From Syntrophales bacterium (lineage in GTDB: Bacteria > Desulfobacterota > Syntrophia > Syntrophales > PHBD01): DNA of 64,000 nucleotides. Positions 18,965 to 30,111 of this stretch are shown here, one piece after another; position 1 is the stretch's first letter; the number at the start of each line of letters is the position of its first letter. Location of the stretch: positions 1,600,001 through 1,664,000 of the forward strand of contig OY764159.1 in assembly GCA_963668175.1 (NCBI GenBank), in the 5' to 3' direction. The position numbers and the translations under genes are program-made. Below the pieces are notes generated by a model. The model was not told where the DNA came from, ran no database searches, and saw only the letters and a program-made list of their open reading frames with translations.

Positions 18965-20185
18965 ATGGGACTTGTTGTTCAGAAATACGGAGGCACATCC
19001 GTTGCCGATCTGGATAAGATCGAGAATGTGGCCCGCAAAGTCATCAGAACCAAGGAACAGGGCAACGACGTGGTCGTCGTTCTCTCGGCGATGGCCGGAG
19101 AGACGGACCGCCTCATCAATCTGGCCCAAAAAGCCTCGGCGGACCCCCCGGGAAGGGAGTACGATTCCCTTATTTCGACGGGAGAGCAGATTACGGTGAC
19201 GCTGCTCGCCATGGTCCTGAACCGGCTGGGCTACCGGTCCAAGTCGTACCTGGGCCACCAGATAAGGATCGTGACGGATAAGGCCTATACGAAGGCGAGA
19301 ATCGTCAACATTGAGGACAAGAAGATCAAGGCCGACCTGAAGCAGGGCTATGTCATCGTTGTGGCTGGATTTCAGGGCGTAGACGAGGAAAACAACATCA
19401 CGACCCTGGGAAGGGGCGGCTCCGACACGAGCGCCGTGGCCCTGGCGGCGGCTTTGAAGGCGGATGTCTGCGATATCTATACGGATGTGGACGGCGTCTA
19501 TACGACGGACCCGAACATCTGCGACAAGGCGCGGCGTCTCGACAAGATTACTTACGACGAGATGCTGGAGATGGCCCGGGCGGGCGCGAAAGTGCTGCAG
19601 CCCCGCTCCGTCGAACTGGCAAAGAAATTTGAAGTTCCGGTCTATGTGAAATCGTCGTTTTCGGATGAAGGAGGGACCCTGGTGACGAAGGAGGATAAGG
19701 ATATGGAGAAGGAAGTAGTGGCGGGCGTAACGTACGACCGCGATCAGGCAAAAATTACGGTGGTCCGGGTGCCCGACCGGCCCGGGGTCGCCTCCCGGTT
19801 GTTTTCGCCCCTGGCGGACAAGAACATCGTTGTGGACATGATCATCCAGAACGCGAGCATCGACAATTTCACCGACCTGACCTTTACGGTCTCCAAGAAG
19901 GACCTGAAGGCCGCCAAGCAGATCGTCGAAGACGCCGCCCGCGATATCGGCGCGAAACAGGTGGAAGTGGACGACCACGTCGCCAAGGTGTCCATCATCG
20001 GCGTGGGCATGATCAGCCATGCCGGCGTGGCGGCCAAGATGTTCGATACGCTCTCCAGGGAAGGCATCAATATCGAGATGATCAGCACCTCCGAGATCAA
20101 GGTGTCCTGTGTCGTTAAAGCCAAATACACGGAACTGGCCGTCATGGCCCTTCACGACGCTTTCGGCCTGGAGCGCGAGGCCTGA
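18965..20185 (+). CDS. lysC: Aspartate kinase
   Basis: [32 protein letters not shown]-terminal ACT domains (STSEIKVS). Confidence 0.96.
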   Translation: MGLVVQKYGGTSVADLDKIENVARKVIRTKEQGNDVVVVLSAMAGETDRLINLAQKASADPPGREYDSLISTGEQITVTLLAMVLNRLGYRSKSYLGHQIRIVTDKAYTKARIVNIEDKKIKADLKQGYVIVVAGFQGVDEENNITTLGRGGSDTSAVALAAALKADVCDIYTDVDGVYTTDPNICDKARRLDKITYDEMLEMARAGAKVLQPRSVELAKKFEVPVYVKSSFSDEGGTLVTKEDKDMEKEVVAGVTYDRDQAKITVVRVPDRPGVASRLFSPLADKNIVVDMIIQNASIDNFTDLTFTVSKKDLKAAKQIVEDAARDIGAKQVEVDDHVAKVSIIGVGMISHAGVAAKMFDTLSREGINIEMISTSEIKVSCVVKAKYTELAVMALHDAFGLEREA

Positions 20186-20795
20186 AAATCCTCTCCGGCT
20201 GACTGACGGCCAATATATCGGGGCGGCAGCCGTCGTCCTTGCGACGGCCTGCCTTGTGGCTGCGTTTCCGCTCTGGGAGCGGGGATTCGGGCCGCGGACG
20301 GAGAAAGTCCGGGCCGCCGTCGTCTCTTCCGGGCCGGTGGTGGTGGAATTGAACGACGGCCGGGAGAGGGGAGGCATCTTCCAACTGCCCGCGGGCGCCG
20401 TCCTGGAAGACGCGCTGAAGGCGGCAGGGGTGCCGGACCGGTATGCATTCCCTCCGGCAGAACTGAACGCACCCCTGGCCTCCGGCATGTCCATTACAAT
20501 CCGGCGAGCGGCCGGCGGCAAGCCGGAAGCCGCCGTCGGCACCATGACGGCGGCGACGAGGCTGGCCCTCGATCTCCCCATCGACGTCAATACGGCGTCG
20601 GTCTCCGACCTCATGCTCATCCCCGGAATCGGCCCCAAAACGGCGGAGAAGATCGTTGTTTTGAGGCGGGAGAGGACGCGCTTCCGCAGCCTGGACGAAC
20701 TTGCGTCCGTCAAGGGAATAAAAGATAAGAGGCTGGAACGTTTCAGAAAATATCTCTACGTGGACGCTGCAGAGGCGGCTGGTCGGAGACGTTGA
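20109..20795 (+). CDS. comEA: ComEA-family helix-hairpin-helix DNA-binding protein (true start probably nearer 20200)
   Basis: TM, SLBB-like segment, [36 protein letters not shown]. Confidence 0.8.
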   Translation: MSLKPNTRNWPSWPFTTLSAWSARPENPLRLTDGQYIGAAAVVLATACLVAAFPLWERGFGPRTEKVRAAVVSSGPVVVELNDGRERGGIFQLPAGAVLEDALKAAGVPDRYAFPPAELNAPLASGMSITIRRAAGGKPEAAVGTMTAATRLALDLPIDVNTASVSDLMLIPGIGPKTAEKIVVLRRERTRFRSLDELASVKGIKDKRLERFRKYLYVDAAEAAGRRR

Positions 20796-20815
20796 TTGAA
20801 AGGGAAGGGCGGACT

Positions 20816-21403
20816 TCAGCGGAACATGTTGATGTAGCTCTGGACGCGCTGGACGTAATTCTGCGTTTCCCGGTAGGGCGGGATACCCCCGTGGCGTGTC
20901 ACGGCCTTTTCGCCGGCGTTGTAGGCGGCCAGGGCCAGGGCCAGGTTGCCGTTGAACCTCTGGAGGAGGTAGCGCAGGTAGCGGACGCCGCCTTCGATGT
21001 TCTTTTCCGGGTGGAACGAATCCTCGACCTGTAGCTGGGCGGCCGTGGAAGGCATGAGCTGCATGAGCCCCCGCGCCCCCTTGGGCGAGACGGCCTGATG
21101 GTTGAAGTTCGACTCGGCCTTGATGACGGCCTTGATGAGGGCCTTATCCATCTTGTATTTCTGTGCCGCCTGGCTGATCAGGCTGTCGTACTTGGTGATG
21201 TCGATGAATATCCGCCGGTCGAAGAGAACCCTTTTTTCCTTAAGAATCAGGCGGTATTTGACGTTGCTTTCGATGGGAACGTTCGTCAGGTGGACGACGC
21301 CCTCACTGTCCTCGTAGGTGTAAAAATCGGCGTAGGCGACAGGTGCGTAAAAGACGGCCAGGGCGGCCAAAGTGCTCAGCAATAATGTTCTCACCAACAG
21401 CAT
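20816..21403 (-). CDS. Lytic transglycosylase (SLT domain) with signal peptide
   Basis: IKAESNF, GARGLMQLMP, ALAAYNAG, ETQNYV. Confidence 0.92.
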   Translation of the reverse strand: MLLVRTLLLSTLAALAVFYAPVAYADFYTYEDSEGVVHLTNVPIESNVKYRLILKEKRVLFDRRIFIDITKYDSLISQAAQKYKMDKALIKAVIKAESNFNHQAVSPKGARGLMQLMPSTAAQLQVEDSFHPEKNIEGGVRYLRYLLQRFNGNLALALAAYNAGEKAVTRHGGIPPYRETQNYVQRVQSYINMFR

Positions 21404-21687
21404 GACGCTATCCTTTTTTCGGACCGGAAATTGCAGTATACATAAGGGTGGTATTCGTTTCAAGCTTTATTTATATTTCCCCTCATTTTCGTGCGTCGAT
21501 TAGATAAATATCCCGTCGCATTCGGTTTTTCAGTGACGCAGGACACATTTCCGCGGGCCGGAGGGCGATCGCCCCATTTTAAGGCGGATGCCGGCGAGGG
21601 GACGGGGTGGGGACCTTCAGGGCAGATGGTCCTTGTTTTTTTTCGGACCATCATATAAACTAATCGACAACTTCCACTTCAAAGCGC

Positions 21688-21716
21688 TTGACACCGCCAT
21701 TTTATGGTGATAGTAA
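21688..21716 (+). promoter_or_regulatory. Sigma70-type promoter for tRNA-Pro
   Basis: TTGACA-17 nt-TAGTAA with extended TG. Confidence 0.55.
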
Positions 21717-21743
21717 GCGCAGGTTCTTTCATACGGCAACAGT

Positions 21744-21822
<79 letters not shown>

Positions 21823-21848
21823 TAGACATCGGGTCGTAAAGACGATGG

Positions 21849-21882
21849 AAGGGGGTGCCGACAACATTGGTACCCCCTTTTC
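21849..21882 (+). terminator. Rho-independent terminator
   Basis: AAGGGGGTGCC...GGTACCCCCTTTT. Confidence 0.65.
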
Positions 21883-21982
21883 AGTTTGGCCGCGGTCGAA
21901 ATACGTTGCAGCGGTCCTGGCGGCCTTTGCTCCGCTGCCGTTGCGAGCCCCGGGCCGCCGGGAGGGCGGAGGGCCTATTTAT

Positions 21983-22105
21983 CAGTTTGTTGAAATATTT
22001 GGTTATGAACCCCCTATGCAGGGGGCGCAGCGGCGCATCGTCACCTGAAGGTGATAAACCCCCTGAAGGGGGCAACGCGACGGATGGACGTTTTTCAACA
22101 GCCTG
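21983..22105. mobile_element. Putative MITE-like miniature inverted-repeat element
   Basis: Ends CAGTTTGTTGAAATA / TTTTTCAACAGCCTG (12/15 complementary); internal hairpins; no ORF. Confidence 0.5.
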
Positions 22106-22163
22106 TTATTGGCGTTGACAATTGTTGTGGTAATGAATATATATGAAATACCGGTGACTAGAC

Positions 22164-22250
22164 GCGAGAGTGGCGGAATTGGCAGACGCACTGGACTTAG
22201 GATCCAGCCCGCCTTTGCGGTTAGGGGTTCAACTCCCCTCTCTCGCACCA
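22164..22250 (+). tRNA. tRNA-Leu (TAG)
   Basis: GCGAGAGTGGCGGAATTGGCAGACGC, CTGGA-CTTAGGA-TCCAG, long variable arm, CCA. Confidence 0.95.
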
Positions 22251-22299
22251 GTTTTCCGCAGGCAAGGTCGAAAGACCAATAAATTCAGGAGTGCATGCC

Positions 22300-23649
22300 T
22301 TGAGCGATTTAAACGTAGCGGTGACGGTGGAGGACGTAAGTCCGGTCAAGAAGAAGATATCATTCGATATTCCGTGGGAAAATGTCAGCAGGGAGTTGGA
22401 CACGGTCTATACGCAGGTGGGAAAGAAGGCCCGGATCAAAGGGTTCCGGCCCGGCAAGGTCCCCCGGCGCATCCTGGAATCCTATTATAAGGAGCAGGCA
22501 GAAGAGGAGACGATCTCCAACCTCGTCAACAAACACTACTTTGACGCCGTCAAGGAGCACGATATCGCGGCCGTGACCCAGCCCGACATCGATCAGAAGG
22601 GGATCGAGGCGAACAAGAACTTCGCCTTCACCGCCACCGTCGAAGTCGAACCGAAGATCGAGCCGAAGGATTACGTCGGCCTCTCCGTGGAAAAGGAAGA
22701 AAAGACGGTAACCGACGCCGATGTCGAGGCACGTCTTTTGCAAATTAAAGAGATGTTCGGTACCCTGGAAGACGTGACGGACGACAGGGGCCTCGTCGAG
22801 GGCGACTTCGCCACCTTCGATTTCGAAGGGGTCTGCGAAGGGGAGGCGCTCAAGGAATTGAAGTCGGAGGGCTACTTCCTGGAGATCGGCTCCAAGATGT
22901 TCGTGCCCGGCTTCGAGGACCAGATGGTCGGCATGAAGAAGGGGGAGCGGAAGGAGTTGGTCGTCACCTTCCCCGCCGATTACCAGTCCGAGAAAGTCGC
23001 CGGGAAGGAAGTCACCTTCACGGTGGACCTGAAGGGCATCCGGTCCAAGAAACTGCCGGAACTGAACGACGATTTTATCAAGAATTTCGAAAAGAAATAC
23101 GAAACGCTGGCCGATTTTACCGCCGACGTGAAAAAGTCCCTGGAGGAACAGAACGCGACGGAATCCAAGTCGGCCCTGCGCGAGAAGATTATAGAGGCGA
23201 TCCTGGCGGCCAACGAATTCGAGGTGCCGCCGTCCTTCGTCGAGCGGCAGATTTACATGATGATGGCCGACGCCCAGCGGCGGTTCATGGCCCGCGGCAT
23301 GGACAAGGAAGCGGCCATGAGGCTGAGCCTGAAGCATCGCGACCAGTTCAGGGGCGATGCGGAAAAGATCGTCAAATCGCTCCTTCTGATCAAGGGCATT
23401 GCCGCCAAGGAGAATCTGCAGGTCGAAGAACAGGAACTGAACGACAAGGTCAAGGCCATGGCGGAGGAACGCCAGCAGCCCTACGAGACGGTGAAGGAAC
23501 AGCTTGAAAAGGACGACATGCTGGAGAGCGTCCGCCTCGACATGATTCATGACAAGACGATGGCCTTCCTGGAAGAGAAGGCGGACATCAAGGTGGTGGC
23601 CGCGAAAGCGAAGGAAGAACCGAAGCCAACCAAGAAAAAGAAGAAGTAA
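22300..23649 (+). CDS. tig: Trigger factor
   Basis: GFRPGKVP ribosome-binding motif, FKBP domain (FVPGFEDQ..TFPADY); TTG start after AGGAG assumed. Confidence 0.95.
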   Translation: MSDLNVAVTVEDVSPVKKKISFDIPWENVSRELDTVYTQVGKKARIKGFRPGKVPRRILESYYKEQAEEETISNLVNKHYFDAVKEHDIAAVTQPDIDQKGIEANKNFAFTATVEVEPKIEPKDYVGLSVEKEEKTVTDADVEARLLQIKEMFGTLEDVTDDRGLVEGDFATFDFEGVCEGEALKELKSEGYFLEIGSKMFVPGFEDQMVGMKKGERKELVVTFPADYQSEKVAGKEVTFTVDLKGIRSKKLPELNDDFIKNFEKKYETLADFTADVKKSLEEQNATESKSALREKIIEAILAANEFEVPPSFVERQIYMMMADAQRRFMARGMDKEAAMRLSLKHRDQFRGDAEKIVKSLLLIKGIAAKENLQVEEQELNDKVKAMAEERQQPYETVKEQLEKDDMLESVRLDMIHDKTMAFLEEKADIKVVAAKAKEEPKPTKKKKK

Positions 23650-23670
23650 CAGGATATCAAGGAGATCAAT

Positions 23671-24279
23671 ATGCCGCTTATTCCCATGGTCGTCGAGCAG
23701 GATGGACGGGGCGAACGCGCCTTCGACATCTATTCCCGGCTCCTCAAGGACAGGATCATCTTTCTCGGGACGGCCATCGACGATAACGTATCCAATCTGG
23801 TCATCGCCCAGATGCTGTATCTGGAGTCGGAAGACCCCGACAAGGACATCTATTTCTATCTCAATACGCCCGGCGGGCACGTAAGTTCGGGTCTCGCCAT
23901 CTACGATACCATGCAGTACATCAAATCGCCGGTGAATACGTTCTGCATGGGCCAGGCGGCGAGCATGGGGGCGCTGCTCCTGGCCGCGGGCGAAAAAGGC
24001 AAGCGATTTGCCCTGCCCCATTCACGCATCCTGATCCACCAGCCGCTGGGAGGATTCCAGGGCCAGGCGACCGATATCGACATCCAGGCGAGGGAAATCC
24101 TCCGGATGAAAGACGAATTGAACCGACTTCTGTCCGAGCTGACCGGACAGCCCATAGAAAAGGTTGTCACGGACACGGACAGGGATTATTATATGGATTG
24201 TGAAACGGCGAAGGCGTACGGCATCATCGATGCGGTCATCACGCAGAAGATGCCGGATAAGAAAAACGCAGCGAAGTGA
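23671..24279 (+). CDS. clpP: Clp protease proteolytic subunit
   Basis: [24 protein letters not shown]. Confidence 0.97.
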   Translation: MPLIPMVVEQDGRGERAFDIYSRLLKDRIIFLGTAIDDNVSNLVIAQMLYLESEDPDKDIYFYLNTPGGHVSSGLAIYDTMQYIKSPVNTFCMGQAASMGALLLAAGEKGKRFALPHSRILIHQPLGGFQGQATDIDIQAREILRMKDELNRLLSELTGQPIEKVVTDTDRDYYMDCETAKAYGIIDAVITQKMPDKKNAAK

Positions 24280-24288
24280 GGCGATTAC

Positions 24289-25548
24289 ATGGTTAAAAAG
24301 AACAGGGATCAAGGCGGCCAGGGTGTGTTGTTCTGCTCATTCTGCGGCAAGAACCAAAACGAGGTCAGAAAACTGGTAGCCGGCCCTACGGCCTATATAT
24401 GCGACGAGTGCATCGAGCTTTGCCGCTGCATCGTCGAGGAAGAAGCGGAGACCACCGCGCCCGAGGAGCCCAAGCGGGGCATCCCGGAGCCCAAGGAGAT
24501 CAAGACGTTCCTGGACCAGTACGTCATCGGCCAGGAAAAGCCGAAGAAGGTCCTCTCCGTGGCCGTCTATAACCATTACCGCCGTCTCTTCACCCATATC
24601 GACATGGAAGGCGTCGAGATCCAGAAGAGCAACATCCTGCTCATCGGGCCCACCGGCTCCGGCAAGACGCTGCTCGCGAAAACCCTCGCCAAGATGCTGA
24701 ACGTTCCCTTCACGATCGCCGACGCGACCACGCTGACGGAAGCGGGCTACGTGGGCGAGGATGTCGAGAACATTATTTTAAGCCTCCTCCAGAATGCCGA
24801 TTACGACGTGGAAAAGGCCTCCAAGGGCATCGTCTATATCGACGAGATCGACAAGATCGCCCGGAAATCGGGGAACCCCTCCATCACGAGGGACGTCTCC
24901 GGCGAGGGCGTCCAGCAGGCCCTTCTGAAGATTATCGAAGGGACGCTGGCGAATATCCCGCCCAAGGGCGGCAGGAAGCACCCGCAGCAGGAGTTCATCC
25001 AGGTGGACACGACCAACATCCTGTTCATCTGCGGCGGCGCCTTCAACGACCTGGAAGACATCATCGGCCGGAGGATCGGCGCCAATGCCATGGGCTTCGG
25101 GGCCAATATAAAGAGCAAGAGACACAAGAAGGTCGGGGAGATGCTGTCGGAAGTGCAGCCGGAAGACCTTTTGAAATTCGGGATGATCCCGGAATTTGTG
25201 GGGCGTCTGCCGGTCATCGCCACGCTGAACGAACTGAATCAGGACGACCTGATCCGGATCCTCGTGGAACCGAAAGACGCGATTATCAAGCAGTACAAGA
25301 AACTGTTCGATCTGGAAAACGTGAAGTTGAAGTTTACCGATGGTGCGCTCAGGTCCATCGCCAAGCTGTCCGTCGACCGTAAGGCCGGCGCCAGGGGGCT
25401 TCGGGCCATTCTTGAAAATACCATGCTCGACATCATGTACGATATCCCCTCACGCGACGACATCAGAGAATGCATCATCAGCGAGGACGTTGTATCAAAG
25501 CATGAACCACCCATTTTAATGTTTGAATCGAAATCCGAGACCGCTTAG
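24289..25548 (+). CDS. clpX: Clp protease ATPase subunit
   Basis: CSFC...CDEC zinc finger, [30 protein letters not shown]. Confidence 0.97.
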   Translation: MVKKNRDQGGQGVLFCSFCGKNQNEVRKLVAGPTAYICDECIELCRCIVEEEAETTAPEEPKRGIPEPKEIKTFLDQYVIGQEKPKKVLSVAVYNHYRRLFTHIDMEGVEIQKSNILLIGPTGSGKTLLAKTLAKMLNVPFTIADATTLTEAGYVGEDVENIILSLLQNADYDVEKASKGIVYIDEIDKIARKSGNPSITRDVSGEGVQQALLKIIEGTLANIPPKGGRKHPQQEFIQVDTTNILFICGGAFNDLEDIIGRRIGANAMGFGANIKSKRHKKVGEMLSEVQPEDLLKFGMIPEFVGRLPVIATLNELNQDDLIRILVEPKDAIIKQYKKLFDLENVKLKFTDGALRSIAKLSVDRKAGARGLRAILENTMLDIMYDIPSRDDIRECIISEDVVSKHEPPILMFESKSETA

Positions 25549-25582
25549 AAAGGGTTTCCGGAGCGCATAAAAGGAAGATAAC

Positions 25583-28033
25583 ATGTTCGATTTTGCGAAG
25601 AAGGACAAGCAGGACAAGAAGCTTTCGGTGCCGCTCCTGCCGCTCAGGGACGTGGTGGTCTTTCCCCACATGATCGTCCCGCTGTTCGTCGGCCGGGAGA
25701 AATCGATTGCGGCCCTTGAATCCGCTATGAAATACGAAAAGGGGATTTTTCTGGTGGCGCAGAAAAACGCCCAGAAAGACGAGCCCGCGGAAGAGGATAT
25801 CTATACGATCGGCACGATCGGGACCATCATTCAACTCCTCCGCCTGCCCGACGGGACCGTCAAGGTTCTCGTGGAAGGCAAGAAGCGGGGCGCCATCGAC
25901 ACCTATCTGCCCAATGAGGAGTTCTATCTCGTGACGGTCAAGGACCTGGACGAGATCGAAAGCGAGGACCCCGTCAAGACCCAGGCCCTGATGCGGAGCA
26001 TCCGGGAAGATTTCGAGACCTACGCCAAACTGGGCAAGAAGGTCCACGCGGAGATGGTGGGAACCATTGCCTCCATCGACAGCGCGTCCAAACTGGCCGA
26101 CATCGTCGTGTCCCACATCAACATCAAGCTGGAAGACCGGCAGAGGATCCTCGAAATCCTCGACGTCAACGAAAGGCTGGAGACGATCTACGAGATGATG
26201 CTCTCCGAGATCGAGATCCTCCAGGTCGAGGAGAAGATCAAGCGGCGGGTCAAGAAGCAGATGGAGAAGACCCAGAAGGATTACTACTTAAACGAACAAA
26301 TGCGCGCCATCCAGAAGGAAATGGGCGAGAAGGACGACTTCAAGAACGAAATCGCCGAGCTGGAGAAGCGCCTGAAATCGAAGAAGCTCTCGGAGGAGGC
26401 CCACAAGAAGGTCAAGCACGAGATCAAGAAGATGCAGATGATGGCCCCCATGTCGGCGGAAGCCACCGTTGTCCGGAACTACATCGACTGGCTCCTCGAT
26501 ATGCCCTGGGGCGAGAAGACAGAGAATAAGTACACCCTGAAGGAGTCGGAAGCGATCCTCGAAGAGGACCACTACGGACTCGCGAAGGTCAAGGAGCGGA
26601 TCATCGAATACCTGGCGGTCCAGTCCCTGGTCAAGAAGAACAAGGGCTCCATCCTGTGCCTCGTCGGTCCTCCCGGCGTGGGTAAGACCTCCATCGCGAA
26701 ATCGGTGGCGCGGGCGACCAACCGGAAGTTCGTGCGCCTCTCCCTGGGCGGCGTCCGGGACGAGGCGGAGATCAGGGGCCACCGAAGGACCTATATCGGC
26801 GCCCTGCCGGGCAAGATCGTCCAGCTTCTGAAGAAGGCGGGGTCCAACAACCCGGTCTTCTGCCTCGACGAGGTGGACAAGCTGAGCTCCGACTTCCGGG
26901 GCGATCCGTCCTCGGCCCTGCTTGAGGTCCTCGACCCCGAACAGAACAACGCGTTCAACGACAACTACCTGGAAGTGGACTACGACCTGTCGGACATCAT
27001 GTTCATCACGACGGCCAATGTCCTCCAGACCATTCCGGCGCCCTTACAGGACCGCATGGAGGTCATCCGGATCGCAGGTTACACGGAGCCGGAGAAGCTG
27101 GCCATCGCCGTGAAGTTCCTCGTGCCGAAAGAGCTTGAGGCCAACGGCCTCTCGGCGGACAAGGTCAGCTTCCACGAGCGCGCGATCCTCACGATCATCA
27201 GGCAGTACACGCGGGAAGCGGGTGTGCGCAACCTCGAAAGGGAGATCGCCTCCATCTGCCGCAAGATTGCCCGGAAGATCGTTTCCGAAGGCGAGCAGGA
27301 GCCCATCAAGGTCACGTCGAAACTCGTCCATAAGTACCTGGGCGTTCCCAAGTTCCGTCACGGCGAAGCCGAAGGCAAGGACGAAATCGGTCTGGCAGTG
27401 GGGCTTGCATGGACGGAGGTCGGCGGCGAACTCCTCACGATCGAGTCGTCCCTCATGAAAGGGACGGGCAAGATGGTGATGACGGGCAAGTTGGGCGACG
27501 TCATGCAGGAATCCGTCCAGGCCGCCCTGACGTATGTCCGGGCGCGGGCCGACAAGTTCGGGCTCGACGAAAACTTTTACAAGGAACTGGATGTCCATGT
27601 CCATGTCCCGGAAGGGGCCATTCCTAAGGACGGTCCTTCCGCCGGCATCGCCATTGCGACGTCCATCGCCTCTTCGCTGATGAGGAAGAAGGTCCGCGGC
27701 GACCTGGCCATGACGGGGGAAATCACCCTGCGCGGGCGCGTGCTGCCGATCGGCGGACTCAAGGAAAAGCTGCTGGCCGCCCACCGGGCGGGGATCAAGA
27801 CCGTGATCATCCCCAAGGACAACGAAAAGGACCTTGCGGATGTGCCGCCCAACGTCCAGAAAGCCCTGGAGGTCGTCTTCGTGGAGCATATGGACGAGGT
27901 TGTGAAGGTCGCCTTCCGCCTGGAGGCGGGGGACGAGGAGGCCGTCAAGACCGGCGAAGAGAAGCCGGTCATCATGGACGTTCCTCCCGTGGCCTTGCCG
28001 GACGAAGACACCCAGGCGTCTTTGAAGCATTGA
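25583..28033 (+). CDS. lon: Lon protease
   Basis: [34 protein letters not shown]. Confidence 0.97.
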   Translation: MFDFAKKDKQDKKLSVPLLPLRDVVVFPHMIVPLFVGREKSIAALESAMKYEKGIFLVAQKNAQKDEPAEEDIYTIGTIGTIIQLLRLPDGTVKVLVEGKKRGAIDTYLPNEEFYLVTVKDLDEIESEDPVKTQALMRSIREDFETYAKLGKKVHAEMVGTIASIDSASKLADIVVSHINIKLEDRQRILEILDVNERLETIYEMMLSEIEILQVEEKIKRRVKKQMEKTQKDYYLNEQMRAIQKEMGEKDDFKNEIAELEKRLKSKKLSEEAHKKVKHEIKKMQMMAPMSAEATVVRNYIDWLLDMPWGEKTENKYTLKESEAILEEDHYGLAKVKERIIEYLAVQSLVKKNKGSILCLVGPPGVGKTSIAKSVARATNRKFVRLSLGGVRDEAEIRGHRRTYIGALPGKIVQLLKKAGSNNPVFCLDEVDKLSSDFRGDPSSALLEVLDPEQNNAFNDNYLEVDYDLSDIMFITTANVLQTIPAPLQDRMEVIRIAGYTEPEKLAIAVKFLVPKELEANGLSADKVSFHERAILTIIRQYTREAGVRNLEREIASICRKIARKIVSEGEQEPIKVTSKLVHKYLGVPKFRHGEAEGKDEIGLAVGLAWTEVGGELLTIESSLMKGTGKMVMTGKLGDVMQESVQAALTYVRARADKFGLDENFYKELDVHVHVPEGAIPKDGPSAGIAIATSIASSLMRKKVRGDLAMTGEITLRGRVLPIGGLKEKLLAAHRAGIKTVIIPKDNEKDLADVPPNVQKALEVVFVEHMDEVVKVAFRLEAGDEEAVKTGEEKPVIMDVPPVALPDEDTQASLKH

Positions 28034-28145
28034 TTCCGGCCGCGTCTTTTCTGCGTTAAGGGATTGCGGGCAGGTTAAATAAGCTTGACAAAGACGGAGG
28101 TTTGCATTAAAGAACCTCGGTCGTTGACAGAGAGTACATATGTTC

Positions 28146-28221
28146 GGGCGGGTAGCTCAGCTGGGAGAGCGCCACGCTTACACCGTGGATGTCACAGGTT
28201 CAAGTCCTGTCTCGCCTACCA
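28146..28221 (+). tRNA. tRNA-Val (TAC)
   Basis: GGGCGGGTAGCTCAG...CCACG-CTTACAC-CGTGG...GGTTCAAGTCC...ACCA. Confidence 0.95.
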
Positions 28222-28304
28222 TGGAAGCGAACGAAACACCTGCCGACCAGCGCAGCAGGGCGGGCGTTTTGTAAAAGTTGGGTTATAAGGCATAAGATAC
28301 AAAC

Positions 28305-28381
<77 letters not shown>

Positions 28382-28388
28382 AAAATTC

Positions 28389-28425
28389 AGGGGTCAGCCG
28401 AATATTGTCGGTTGACCCCTTTTTT
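28389..28425 (+). terminator. Rho-independent terminator after the tRNA pair
   Basis: AGGGGTCAGCCGA...TCGGTTGACCCCT-TTTTT. Confidence 0.8.
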
Positions 28426-28538
28426 GCGTCTATCGTTTGCGGGAAATGCTGTTTTAGAAAGATACGTTTTTCATGGCCGCTGTTCCGGGCGGTGAACGGC
28501 CTTTCGTTCGGTTTCTTCTCCTGTTTCCGGTGAGACAT

Positions 28539-28571
28539 AAAAAAACCGCCCGGAAGGGAGGCGGGCGGTTT
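28539..28571 (-). terminator. Terminator of the hydrogenase maturation operon
   Basis: AAACCGCCCG...CGGGCGGTTT stem with a T-run on the minus strand. Confidence 0.75.
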
Positions 28572-28747
28572 GAGGAGGGCGCTTATGGGTGGCAAGCGCC
28601 CGTTAGGGGCTATGGAATATTATCTTGACGATCAGGTGGCGGCATCGTCGGGACGTGCCGTTTCCTGTTCCCGGTTACCCGTAACGATCCCCGGTCCTGA
28701 CATGGGAAGCCGGTGCGGTTTTGGGCACATGTCCTGTTCCTGTCTGG

Positions 28748-28918
28748 TCAGTCTTTCTCGATACCCGGCTGCACGAACCTGCGCCTGATCATGCCGGGAC
28801 CGATTCTTTTCTCCTCCATGACGGGCGGATGTCGATCGGGGGTTTCTTGCCCGTCCTGTTTTGCATCATCACCGGCCTTTTCCGCGCATTTCCGGAAGAG
28901 CGCTTCGATATCTCTCAT
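28748..28918 (-). CDS. Putative 56-aa small protein
   Basis: ATGA overlap with hydE stop; MRDIEALFRKC...EEKRIGPGMIRRRFVQPGIEKD. Confidence 0.4.
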   Translation of the reverse strand: MRDIEALFRKCAEKAGDDAKQDGQETPDRHPPVMEEKRIGPGMIRRRFVQPGIEKD

Positions 28919-30096
28919 AACCGGTACCCATCGGTCTCGGGATGCGCCGCTTCCCGCAAAGCTTTTCTCCCGACCCTCGCTTTTTTCCCCATGGCGGAAA
29001 GGGCCCGGGGGTGTGTATGCAATACCGCCGCGGCATGGATCAACGCCCCCGCTTCTTTACGCTGACGCCATGGTGAACCGCCGTCTCTCGCTTGCGTGGC
29101 CGTTTTCAGGCTGTGTCCAGCGTCGCGCGATACTGTGCGACCGAGGCCGAGGACCATGCCCTCCACGCACGAGCGGCAGGCATGCGGTTCCTCGCCGATG
29201 CAGATCTTGCCGGGATAGATTTGGTAGTGCTTCCGATAGCGGAGGGGCGTTACGTTCGGCATCAGGACGTTCGCCCCGCACTGCAAGGCCTTTTGTCTTC
29301 CCCGGGGGTCGATGGTTCCCGTTGCCGTCGTTGCCGGCATGTGGACGTCCCGGGTGACGATGCGGGTCAGCGCCGTTACCTTGAGCACCTGGTCGATGAT
29401 CCCGTCGGGGCTGCCGGCCAGGGGTGTGTCGGGATGGGAGATGTATGGCCCGATGCCGATCATGTCCAGATCCATTTCCATGAATTTCAGGATATCGTCG
29501 GCCAGACTTTCCATGGTCTGAAAGGGCAGCCCAACGATGATCCCGGAACCGACCTGGTAACCGAGCTCCGCAAGCCACCGGAGGCATTGAAGGCGGTCCG
29601 CATGGATCGAATCGGGTTTCAGGGCCCTGAAGAGGGCGGGATCGGATGTTTCAAATCTCAGGAGATAGCGGTCCGCGCCGGCTTTTCTCAGCTTTCTGTA
29701 ATCTTCATAGGATCGTTCCCCGATGCTGAGCGTGATGGCGGCCCCCGTGCTCGCTTTGACGTTGCGGACGAGTTCGCAGAGCGTTTCAATCGGATAGCCC
29801 GGGTCTTCCCCAGACTGCAGGACCACGGTTTTGAAACCCATATCACCGGCCTGGACGGCGGCGGCAAGAATTTCGTCCGTCGTCATGCGGTAGCGGGTAA
29901 TCTTCCTGTTATCCCGGCGCAGACCGCAGTAAAGGCAGTTTCGCCGGCAGTAATTCGAAAACTCGATCAGGCCGCGCAGATGGACGGCATCGCCCGCAAA
30001 TACCCTTCTGATCCGGTCCGCCTCGTCGAAAATATCCTGGACGACGGATTCGTCCTTCTCTTTCAGCAAACGGATGATTTCACGCTTTGTAATCAT
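28915..30096 (-). CDS. hydE: [FeFe]-hydrogenase maturase HydE (radical SAM)
   Basis: CRRNCLYC, LQSGED, YLLRFET, GANVLMPN, YQIYPGKIC; context. Confidence 0.92.
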   Translation of the reverse strand: MITKREIIRLLKEKDESVVQDIFDEADRIRRVFAGDAVHLRGLIEFSNYCRRNCLYCGLRRDNRKITRYRMTTDEILAAAVQAGDMGFKTVVLQSGEDPGYPIETLCELVRNVKASTGAAITLSIGERSYEDYRKLRKAGADRYLLRFETSDPALFRALKPDSIHADRLQCLRWLAELGYQVGSGIIVGLPFQTMESLADDILKFMEMDLDMIGIGPYISHPDTPLAGSPDGIIDQVLKVTALTRIVTRDVHMPATTATGTIDPRGRQKALQCGANVLMPNVTPLRYRKHYQIYPGKICIGEEPHACRSCVEGMVLGLGRTVSRDAGHSLKTATQARDGGSPWRQRKEAGALIHAAAVLHTHPRALSAMGKKARVGRKALREAAHPETDGYRL

Positions 30097-30111
30097 ACCT
30101 CCCGGGACCCG

